The notes beneath the pieces were generated by a model. The model saw only the letters and a list, made by a program, of their open reading frames with translations, had not been told where the DNA came from and made no database searches. From contig NW_021823642.1 of assembly GCF_006345805.1 (NCBI RefSeq), forward strand, positions 1 through 21,449: a stretch of 21,449 bases of DNA, given 5' to 3'. Source of the stretch: Octopus sinensis. Lineage: Eukaryota. Below are positions 9,796-19,304 of the stretch, one piece after another (position 1 is the stretch's first letter; each line of letters starts with the position of its first letter). Made by a program: the position numbers and the translations under genes.

Positions 9796-10072
9796 CAGTG
9801 GACCTCAAGCATTTTTTTATTATCTATGGACCCCTTTGTTTTCTATCTTATTCTGGTGGACCCTCATAGCATTCAGTGTTTAAAAACTAATTTCGTTAAA
9901 CGATCATTCACTTATGTAGCTTGAACTATGTAAAATGTTGCAGAAAGAAACTTTTCATGGACCCTTAAAATGCTACTGTGGATTTCCAGTTTACTATTTT
10001 GCTAGTGCAGATCCCACCAAAATCTTATACTGATCTCCTAGGAATCATATGAACCGCGGTTGAGAAACGCTA
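9796..10072. mobile_element. hAT-like MITE (internally deleted relative of the 145-830 family)
   Basis: CAGTGGACCTCAAGC ... GGTTGAGAAACGCTA ends; internal atggacccctttg...ttattctggtggac...aactatgtaaaatgtt is shared with 373-597. Confidence 0.65.
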
Positions 10073-10076
10073 ATTT

Positions 10077-10298
10077 CTGGCAGAAACGTTAGCACACCGG
10101 GCGAAATCCTTTGCGGTATTTCGTCTGCGTTACGTTGTGAGTTCAAATTCCGCCGAGGTCGACTTTGCCTTTCATCCTTTCGGGGTCGATAAATTATGTA
10201 CCAGTTACGCACTGGGGTCGATGTAATCGACTTAATCCGTTTGTCTGTCCTTGCTTGTCCTCTCTGTGTTTAGCCCCTTGTGGGTAGTTAAAAATAAA
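10077..10298 (+). mobile_element. Near full-length tRNA-derived SINE (second family; Meta/MESC-like central domain tentatively)
   Basis: TGGCAGAAACGTTAG A-box-like and GAGTTCAAATTCC B-box, then gtcgactttgcctttcatcctttcggggtcgataaa. Highly similar to the copies at 12689-13290. Confidence 0.9.
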
Positions 10299-11897
10299 AT
10301 TTAGAGCTAAATTATAGCAACGACAAAAGAAACAGCTAAAGCCAACCTCAAGTTTCTGTCGAGCTAGTCATTCGCAAACTTGGTATCGTGCTTTAAACAC
10401 CAACGAAATTATCGCTACCGCTGCTAGTGTATTTAAACTGCGTAATACCGTCATCATCACCACTACCATTACCACTGGTATTACTATTACTACTAACATC
10501 ATCACCATCGCTGTTATCGCCACCATCACTGCTAGACACCAACGCCATTATAGCTGCTACGAAGAAATAATATACTTAAAATGACCGAGTGGGTGAGGTA
10601 TTACATGTAGGATTATCTGCTGATGTGTCATGAGTTTTCTCTTAAATTTTGCTTTTTTTTTACAGATTAGTCAGAAAAGGAAGGGCAGTGCTCATGACCC
10701 CCTTCCCAAACCCTTTGTTCAAGGTCTTCTGATTCTGATTGGCGGAAAGACGTTATCTCGTACAAAAATACTGGTTCGAATGCTTGCAACAGCGCGGACT
10801 CCACTAAAACACTAAAATTAGCCAAAGAGTCGTTAGTAGTGTTTAGGGCCTCCGAGAGAAACTTTGCATCGAAGAACATGACTGCTTTCGAACCTACCAA
10901 GATGTTAAAGAATTTTGAAATTCAGGTTTTTTTTTTTTTTTTTGTTAAGGCGGAGGCCCGTCTTATATTCACTAGCCACCTACTTAGTTCTGCAACAACC
11001 CTTCCTCGGACCGTTGTACCGTTTGAGATCTTGGACTAAGTTATCTGAAGATTTGGGAATATTTAACATCAGTCCTATGTATCCCAATCGTCTTGGTTCA
11101 TCTAGCCATTAGATAGGGTCTCTGGTTCTGATTACTGGTTATCATTTAGTCAGACGTTATTCCTTATTCGAGTAGATCTATGATCAGAAGGGTGATCAAG
11201 CGGTGACCATCCCGTTTTTTCCCTTTTTTCTTTCTTCAGGTACATTGTATCTTAGAGTACATTAGACAACGTGTAATTCTTATTTTTTATAAGCGTTAAG
11301 ATGTAATTTGAGATCGATTTGCCTATTATTTCTAGCAAATCAAGCGACCATGTACAAGTGCTGTCTTTCCTTCGTTTAATTACTGGTTGTTGATGTTGCT
11401 GTTTAGCCCCAGGCCAAGTTAATCGAGCAAACAAACTTAAGATCAGACGCGTTCTAACAGCGACCACTCCGTTTTACACTGGGGTGTTACTTATCTAGGG
11501 ATACATTGTCCAACGTGTCCCTCCTTTCTTTTCAAAACACTATGATGCAAAAGTAATGAAATTTAGCTGTCATTTCTTAACATTTCGGTCAACCACTGAA
11601 ACGCATCCTTGTCGGCTCTGGTTCTGTCGCTAATAGTTTATATACATCACACCAATACATTATTCAGCTTTAAATTCAAATGTCTTAGGCATACTTGATC
11701 AGGGAAGTAACTTCCAGAATAAACCAAGATATTTCATCGGTATTGTTATTAGGAAATTAGGTTGGTCAAGTGAGCAACGCTTTATCGTCAATATGATGTT
11801 AGAACGTTGCTGTCCATTCAGAGAACAAAATATAGCCAATACCAAATTTGCCGGTCATTCCTCAGAGAGGAGATTAAAACAAAATACTAGCCAAGTA

Positions 11898-12111
11898 CAG
11901 TAGTCCGTCGACTATCGCGGGTGTTACGTTCCCAAACCCCCTGTGATAGGTGAAAATCCGCAAAGTAAAAACGGTACTGTACTGTAGATTTTTAAAAATT
12001 AATTTTTATAATTTGTATGTATTTATTTTATTATAAATGCAAAACAACACCAGCGAGAAATCGATGTAAGCTTAAATAATAGGTGAACCGCGATATGGCG
12101 AGGGATTGCTG
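11898..12111. mobile_element. Tigger/pogo-like MITE, 214 bp, TA TSD
   Basis: TA|CAGTAGTCCGTCGACTATCGCGG ... CCGCGATATGGCGAGGGATTGCTG|TA (imperfect TIRs). Confidence 0.8.
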
Positions 12112-12317
12112 TAATCCAGTCGATTTTATGAAATGTTCCCTCTATCAAATATATGGTGGCCACATGGCGCAATACTCTTGTTCACAATCTTTACGTGTTA
12201 TGATGTTACCTGTTTTCGTAATGCGAATCAATATGAAATGTTCCCTACACAAAATATATGGTGCTTTTGTGTTACCTTACATTTTGTCTGTAATCTTTAT
12301 TGTAGTGAAGTATTATA

Positions 12318-12688
12318 TGTTCTTTTCTACTCTAGGCACAAGGCCCGAAATGTTGAGGGAGGGGCCAGTATGTTAGATTGACCCCAGTACACAACTAGAA
12401 CTTAATTTATCAAACCCGAAAGGATGAAAGATAAAGTGCACCTCGGCGGAATTTGAACTCAGAACGTAGCGCCAGACGAAATACTGCTTAGCATTTCACC
12501 CGGCGTGCTAACGTTTCCGCCAGCTCACCGTCTTTAAAATTCTTTTCTGCTCTAGGCACAAGGCTCGAAATTTTGGAGGAGAGGGCCAGTAGATTAGATC
12601 GACCCCAGTACGCAAGTAGTACTTAATTACTTAATTACGTAAAGAGACAAAATACCGCTAAGCATTTCACCCGGTGTATTAATGTTTC
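12318..12688 (-). mobile_element. Two tandem SINE copies of a subfamily with ...ttgtgcctagagtagaaaagaa tail (second copy internally deleted)
   Basis: Copies at ~12318-12535 and ~12540-12688 share ctctaggcacaagg...gaccccagtac and the gcatttcacccgg head. Confidence 0.85.
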
Positions 12689-13290
12689 TTATTTCTTTAT
12701 TGCCCACAAGGGGCCAAACATAGAAGAGACAAACAAGGACAGACAAACGGATTAAGTCGAGTACATCGACCCCAACACGTAACTGGTACTTAATTTATCA
12801 ACCCCGAAAGGATGAAAGGCAAAGTCGATCTCGGCGGACTTTGAACTCAGAACGTAACGGCAGACGAAATACCTATTTCTTTACTACCCACAAGGGACTA
12901 AACACAGAGAGGACAAACAAGGACAGACAAACGGATTAAGTCGATTATATTGACTCCAGTGCGTAACTGGTTCACAATTTAGCGACCCCGAAAGGATGAA
13001 AGGCAAAGTCGACCTCGGCGGAATTCGAACTCTGAACGTAACGGCAGACGAAATACCTATTTCTTTATTACCCACAAGGGGCTAAACACAGAGAGGACAA
13101 ACAAGGACAGACATAGGTATTAAGTCGATTACATCGACCCCAGTGCGTAACTGGTACTTAATTTATCGACCCCGAAAGGCTGAAAGGCAAAGTCGACCTC
13201 GGCGGAATTTGAACTAAGAACGTAACGGCAGACGAAATACCGCTAAGCATTTCGCCCGGCGTGGTAACGTTTCTGCCAGTTTATCGCCTT
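12689..13290 (-). mobile_element. Head-to-tail SINE trimer, 184-bp period (one full-length plus two identically 5'-truncated units)
   Basis: Units begin (plus coordinates) at 12689, 12873 and 13057. The junction gacgaaatac|ctatttcttt is identical at 12872/3 and 13056/7. Confidence 0.92.
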
Positions 13291-13570
13291 AGTGGTGTAT
13301 TATCTATTGATAATTTTACAAACATGATTTGAATGAATTTTTCGACAAAGTATTTTTCTGGTAGTTTTTGTTTTAATTTTGATTTTTCATTGAAATCAAT
13401 ACTGACGCATACTTTGATATTTGCAAAACTTAGGGATGGAATTATATATATTCGTATATACGTAGATATAGATGCATGTAAACGAGCATACCAACCATAA
13501 CCCGCCACAGTTACATATGCACGTATGTATATGTATCTACTTATGTATGCATACATACATATACATTCTC

Positions 13571-13614
<44 letters not shown>

Positions 13615-13634
13615 CACACACATGCACATAGGTT

Positions 13635-13843
13635 TTTACTTTTTATCTCTTGTTTCAAGCAATGGACTGCTGGGGCACTACCTCGAAGGGTTTAGTCGAA
13701 CAAATCGATCTCAGTACGTATCTTTAAGCTTGGGGCTTATTTTGTCGGCCTCTTTTACCAAACCGCGAGGCAAATATACAAACACACATATGTGTGTGTG
13801 GTGTATATGTGTATGTGTATGTGCGCGCGCATGCGTATTTTGT

Positions 13844-13892
<49 letters not shown>

Positions 13893-14115
13893 TAATATTA
13901 ATTAGCTGTCGCATTTCACACATATTTATACATACATACATGCATACATACATACATGCGTACATACAAAATGATAGATACATAAATAGATCCGACGGGC
14001 TTCAGTTTCCATCAACGGAGTTCACTTACAAGGCTTTGGTCGACCCGAAAGTATTGTAGGAGACACCTGCCCAGTGAACTGAATACGAACGATGTGCTGG
14101 GTAGCACACTCCTTA
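13635..14115 (-). mobile_element. Degenerate CORE-type SINE with microsatellite-expanded middle
   Basis: Tail cttgtttca...ttagtcgaacaaatcgat at 13648-13710; CORE/head gacgggcttcagtttcc...aggctttggtcgacccg...gacacctgccca at 13993-14075. Confidence 0.7.
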
Positions 14116-14267
14116 TATATATATATAATATATATATATATATTATATATATTTGTGTGTGTGTGTGTGTGTGTGGTGTGTGTGTGTGTGTGGTGTGTGT
14201 GTGTATGTATGTGTTATGAATGTATGTATGTATTTAATATATATATATGTATGTATATATATATATG

Positions 14268-14375
14268 TTTGGAGAGAAGATTTTTTCTCAAAGAGTTAAG
14301 GTTGAGAAAAGAACCTTTATAGAAGGGTTCTTTTCTCAATCTTAACTCTTTGAGAAAAAATATCTTCTCTCCAAA
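14268..14375. repeat. 108-bp near-perfect hairpin (~50-bp arms, 4-nt loop) next to a TA microsatellite
   Basis: tttggagagaagattttttctcaaagagttaaggttgagaaaagaaccttt-atag-aagggttcttttctcaatcttaactctttgagaaaaaatatcttctctccaaa. Confidence 0.92.
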
Positions 14376-14414
14376 TATAACTGTATCAAGGAATTTCCAA
14401 AACACTCTAAATAT

Positions 14415-14690
<276 letters not shown>

Positions 14691-14800
14691 ATGCATACGT
14701 AGACTACTGACAGACATGCAAACAAGTGACTGTTTATGTATGTATGTATGTATGTACGTATGCATGTATTTATGTCCCTCCACTCACTCTCTCTACTCAC

Positions 14801-14949
14801 CTTGTCTTTGCTTTTGCTTTCATGCTGCCCCCCACATCACTTTCTACAAGGAAATTACCGTTGTTACTGTAGCTGCTGCTGATACTGTTGCTATGTCTGC
14901 TGCTGCAGTTGTTGCTGCTGCTGCTGCTGCTGCAAGCCCGGCCTCTCAT
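14801..14949 (-). CDS. Candidate coding exon: MRGRACSSSSSSNNCSSRHSNSISSSYSNNGNFLVESDVGGSMKAKAKT + phase-2 donor
   Basis: ATG at 14949, a second in-frame ATG at 14823, and an open frame to a consensus donor AAG|GTGAGT at 14801/14800; the other two frames are closed. Low complexity, no recognisable domain, and no downstream exon found. Confidence 0.3.
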
Positions 14950-15260
14950 TTTTTCTTCTTTTTTTTTTGTCTGTAGGCAATTTCATTTCTGCTACTTTTT
15001 TATTTAACCTAGTGACATTTTTCAGTGTTTCTTTCTTTCTCTTTCGTTTCTTTTTATCTATTTATTTGTTACTTACATATCATGGGTTACCTACTGACCC
15101 TTTCTACTAAATCCTCAGCTAAATTCTGTATTTAGTTATTAATAGGTCAGTATGTATGTCGTTTGATAAACCTTTCCTCAACTGATGTGCATGCAACCTT
15201 TGTACAGTATCAACTGTGGTTGCGTCACTGTAACAATAACAGCGGCATTCCTTGTTAGCT

Positions 15261-15274
15261 CCGCCGCCATTTTG
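15261..15274 (-). promoter_or_regulatory. YY1-type motif CAAAATGGCGGCGG (promoter/5'-UTR/start-codon context)
   Basis: Plus strand ccgccgccattttg. This motif is characteristically enriched just downstream of metazoan TSSs. Confidence 0.35.
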
Positions 15275-15477
15275 AGAACAATATCACCTTACACAGCAAA
15301 CGTCTTTCCTTTTTTTGTGCATTGTTCATAATCTTTTCAGACTGCGCATCTCTTAGTAAAGTAAATATCAAAAAATGCCTATTTCGTACAAAGCAAAGGA
15401 CTTCGTACGACAACAGCATTTTCGGATACTGTCTTTACTGGAGGCTTAATGTAACTCTTCAACTAAACTTTAGCTTC

Positions 15478-15595
15478 GAAGTGCAAACCCTGTCAAATGG
15501 TAAGGATCACATGACTATCGGATTCAGAAATATAATGCACCAAATATGTAAAACTTGCAACGTTGCCTTAAAATGAATGTTATACATCTTCCATA
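15478..15595 (+). mobile_element. Possible decayed piggyBac-like C-terminal Cys-rich domain; related copy at ~16595-16665
   Basis: GKDHMTIG...QICKTCNVAL..(frameshift)ECYTS and GHITQQVCKICNVTAC resemble the G-x-x-H ... CxxCxVxL...CF/Y..H end of piggyBac/PGBD transposases. Heavily decayed. Confidence 0.35.
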
Positions 15596-16454
15596 TTTTT
15601 ACAGTGCATATGATTTCTGGTGTATTCTTATTTTCAAAATCATGTTGGTTGAATATGAATTCATTTTCAAATTCATTTGTTATAGCAAAAGTTGCCCCTG
15701 TAGAAGCCATATTCACTCGTAAAAAACAGCTGTACTTTTTGTGGAAACCAGCTACATATGTTTCTAGTTTTACATTATTTGCTAACTAATGTGGCTCAGT
15801 TGTTTAATAAGAGACATCCAGAGGCAAAAGACCTTCGTACGACTACAGCATACTTGTGTGAATACTAAGCTTCTATAAATGACTTGGAAATCGACTTAGA
15901 GTGGCGACGAAACTGAGACAGCAGTAAATTATAACATACCAATATTCTACAAATTCTGAGTGGTAATAATACACGGGACTGGCCAAACATACGACATTCG
16001 AATTCAAGAAATATTCTAAAGTGAAGAACCTGTCGAAGTATTTGTGGAAGAGATATTGAAAAAAGAACTTCGTAAGAAATTCAAAGTTGTTTATGACTAG
16101 CTGAAACACATTTTGAAATTAGTGATATTTATTGAAACAATCGTTTCAATAAATATCATTAATTTCAAAATGTGTTATAAATGTGTTAGATTAATTACAG
16201 TTGGTGCAAATACATTTGTTCTGACTTTTATACTGTATACATATCTGTGCATGGTGTATATTTTTTAAGGAAGATAATCACTCAGATAAGAACTCTCAGC
16301 TTACGTTTAAGGGTTACTTAATGCCTCGGAAAATGTGTCTCTGAGCAAATTACAATAACTACACTAAGGCGGGAACTGGCAGAATTGTTAGTACGCCGAA
16401 CAAGTTCTGAGCGGTATTACTTCTGGTTTTATGTTCAGAGCTCAATTATTTTTT

Positions 16455-16570
16455 CCAATATCGACTTTGTCTTTCATCCTTTCGGGGTCGATAAAATAAG
16501 TACCATTTGAGCATTGGAGATAAGGTAATCGACTAGACTTGTGCCTATAGTAGAGAGAAAAAATATTGTT
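16455..16570 (+). mobile_element. SINE 3' fragment (cttgtgcctatagtagagagaa tail subfamily)
   Basis: tcgactttgtctttcatcctttcggggtcgataaaataagtacca matches 10159-10203. Confidence 0.8.
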
Positions 16571-16716
16571 ATAGGCAGAACATGTTAAAAGAAAAAACTG
16601 GCATTGGGTCACATAACACAGCAAGTGTGTAAAATTTGCAATGTTACAGCATGTATGTTTTAGCAAGCAGTGGCAGCACTGTAAAACTGACGAGTATTTT
16701 TCTTTTTTCATTTCAG

Positions 16717-16831
16717 CTTACATGAGCTGGTTGGGTCGAGATAATGCAATGGGATATCACCTCAGTAAAACCTTCACTGGGAATCACCTTGTGTAAAACA
16801 GTGTTTCTATGTTGTCTTAGAACGAAGAAAG
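16717..16831 (+). other. Candidate 115-nt exon (non-coding or terminal coding)
   Basis: Acceptor tttttcttttttcatttcag| and donor AAG|GTAAGT both match consensus. All frames hit a stop; the longest reads YMSWLGRDNAMGYHLSKTFTGNHLV*. Confidence 0.4.
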
Positions 16832-16877
16832 GTAAGTAAATATCGGCTGATCAGAATGGTGATGTTGATTATTCGAA

Positions 16878-16910
16878 AACCACACACACACACACCCACA
16901 CACACACACA

Positions 16911-16950
<40 letters not shown>

Positions 16951-17027
16951 ACACATGCACACAAATACACAATATTAATATATGTTATATATATGTATAT
17001 ATATATGTATATATATGTATGTATATA

Positions 17028-17098
<71 letters not shown>
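16878..17098. repeat. (CA)n then (TA)n microsatellites
   Basis: Direct reading. Confidence 0.95.
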
Positions 17099-17101
<3 letters not shown>

Positions 17102-17174
17102 GGTAGAAATGGTTGGTAAGACGACAATAGAATGCAAGAGACCTCGATATTATGTAAATAGAGGAATTTATCTG

Positions 17175-17330
17175 AAATATAATACGTGACAATTATTCGG
17201 TAGCCATGATAAAACTCCGAGTTTCTGATGTCGAGGCTGAAACCCACGCCGCCATCTCTTCAGTTATCCGGCCATCGAAAAATCTCGGAGTTTTATCATG
17301 GCTACCGAATAATTGTCACATATTATATTT
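17175..17330. repeat. Inverted repeat, 47-bp arms (46/47 identical) around a 62-nt GC-richer spacer
   Basis: aaatataatacgtgacaattattcggtagccatgataaaactccgag (17175-17221) and its reverse complement (17284-17330). Confidence 0.92.
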
Positions 17331-17334
17331 ACAT

Positions 17335-17335
17335 A

Positions 17336-17406
<71 letters not shown>

Positions 17407-17431
17407 TATATTATACATACATACATACATC

Positions 17432-17472
<41 letters not shown>

Positions 17473-17487
17473 ATTATATATAATATA

Positions 17488-17520
<33 letters not shown>

Positions 17521-17645
17521 TATCTATATATATAATATATATATATTATATGTATGTTTTATGTATATATGTATGTATATACATGTATACACACACACAT
17601 ACATATCATATATATAAATATGAGTATATTTATGTATATAAACAT
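17335..17645. repeat. (TACA)n/(TA)n compound microsatellite
   Basis: Direct reading. Confidence 0.95.
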
Positions 17646-17714
17646 ATACGCAAGGGGAAATAACCGTCAATAAATCACATCTTTTAGTTAATGCCAAAGA
17701 TAATCTGTACAAAT

Positions 17715-18045
17715 TTTGTGATTGTAAGTTTTAAGAAAAAAAGCAAATCTAATAATTATTGCAAAGGTAAGAATCTGGTTAACCAAGCTATCGTAAAACC
17801 AGAAGGTAAAAATCACTTCTATACTGGATCAACAGAATGTTTTGTGAAAACTAGAATTGCTAATCATGAGAGTTCTTTTAGAAATCGCCTCAAACGCAAT
17901 GACACAAGCCTTAGCAAATTCATTTGGCGATTAGAGGATAGCAATATTACTTTTAAGATTAGATGAAAAATTTTGCAAAATCTGATCGGCTGCCAGATAG
18001 AACTTGTTCCCTCTGTGCAATTGAATGCTACAATATTCTATTTTC
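17715..18045 (+). mobile_element. Penelope-like element GIY-YIG endonuclease relic
   Basis: CDCK...VNQAIVKPEGKNHFYTGSTECFVKTRIANHESSFRNRLKRNDTSLSKFIWRLEDSNITFKIR*KILQ...RTCSLCAIECYNIL follows the PLE pattern CNC..VIY.A.V..YIG.T..FK.R..NH..SF..T.LSK.IW.LK..I.W.IL..C.LC..EK..IL. The conserved W is mutated to TGA and there are frameshifts. Confidence 0.85.
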
Positions 18046-18926
18046 CAAATATCATTAAAGATTCCTGAAATATTATTATTAATAAATAATAAATTAGATA
18101 TGTTTTCTAAGAATCATTAAATATTTCTTTGTTATTAATAAATAGAAGACTAGATATATTCGTTAATATCTGGTTTAGGTAGATCCTCTAAAAATCATTA
18201 AATATTTTTTTGAATATTATTAAATAGAAGACTAGATTTATTTATAAATATATGAGTAGGTAAATACATTATTGTATTATAAATATTATGAATATTATAA
18301 ATATATTTAATTTTTAGAAATATATACGTATAAATACTTATATATAGCAAATGGGTGTGTTTCTAGATATATGCATATATATATATATATATAACCATTC
18401 ATTTATTATTATTTCAATTGATAGAAATAAAGGATATTTTTGCCTTAATGTACTTAAGTCTAACAAAAGCATTATATCGTATTTCAAACTTTTAATATAT
18501 ATATATGTAAAATTAATTTCTTTTAATTATATCGAGTTGTATTACAAAATAGATGGGATTTATTGTAAGTAAATAGTATAACCATTAACTTTTATACAAA
18601 TTAATTTGGTTTTAAATAGCCTTCTAAAAGACATTTGATCGAAACTAACAGGACTATGAAATATTTCTTTCGTATTTTCTTTAAGTAAACATGGCTCAAT
18701 GACGTAATACACATAAGACATGTCAGGTAGAAACGTAATACGCAATTTCATGGTATATAAATGAGTAATCTAAATGTTATGAATTCTAAATTTTTCATAT
18801 ATTGTATTATAATATATTGATAAAGCATAGATTATTATTTTATCTTTATTTCATTTTATTCTCTTCATTCCCTTCTTTCACCTCCTATATTTAATATATA
18901 TATATAATATATATATATATATATAG

Positions 18927-18958
<32 letters not shown>

Positions 18959-19010
18959 TTGATAGATACATCTCTTATAGCTAGATAATTCAAACTGAGT
19001 CTATACTAAC

Positions 19011-19304
19011 ATGTTTGTTGTTGTTTGTTCCTTCTCGAGCCACGCCTGGCTCATAGGGCCGGTTTCCCGGTTTCCTTGGCGTATAGGTTCCCCACCTGGA
19101 CGGGACGCCGGTCCGTCGCAGGTGAGCTGCAAGATGCAGGAGGAAAGAGTGAGAGAACGTTGTGGCGAAAGAGTCAGCAGAGGTTCGCCATTACCTTCTG
19201 CCGGAGCCGCGTGGAGCTTAGGTGTTTCGCTCGGTCTGAGATTCGAACCCGCAATCCCTCGACTGCGAGTCCGCTGCTCTAACCACTAGGCCATCTGCCT
19301 CCAC
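19011..19304 (-). mobile_element. tRNA-derived SINE with V-domain-like segment, intact 8-bp TSD
   Basis: Minus: GTGGAGGCAGATGGCCTAGTGGTTAG (A box)...GGTTCGAATC (B box)...ctgcgacggaccggcgtcccgtccagg (V-SINE-like)...(aac)n tail. atactaac is duplicated at 19003-19010 and 19305-19312. Confidence 0.9.

Noticed and set aside
9311-9808. Poly-Ser (minus) and poly-Glu (plus) ORFs
   Set aside because: Produced by the (GAA)n tract plus a decayed SINE.
10420-10560. CAT/CAC/TAC-rich stretch as a coding repeat
   Set aside because: Degenerate trinucleotide low-complexity sequence without splice signals.
11240-11272. Strong-looking acceptor followed by VHCILEYIRQR micro-exon
   Set aside because: The acceptor and downstream bases are part of the dispersed repeat also seen at 11385-11530 and 6760-6925.
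12689-13290. Regularly spaced repeats resembling a CRISPR-like array
   Set aside because: The whole 184-bp unit repeats, there are no unique spacers, and the context is a eukaryotic SINE.
15873-16109. Acidic peptide SGDETE...EEPVEVFVEEIL as a piggyBac N-terminus
   Set aside because: Too weak, and it lies downstream of the putative C-terminal relic.
19225-19304. tRNA gene
   Set aside because: tRNA-like SINE head continuing into SINE body and tail; no complete acceptor stem.
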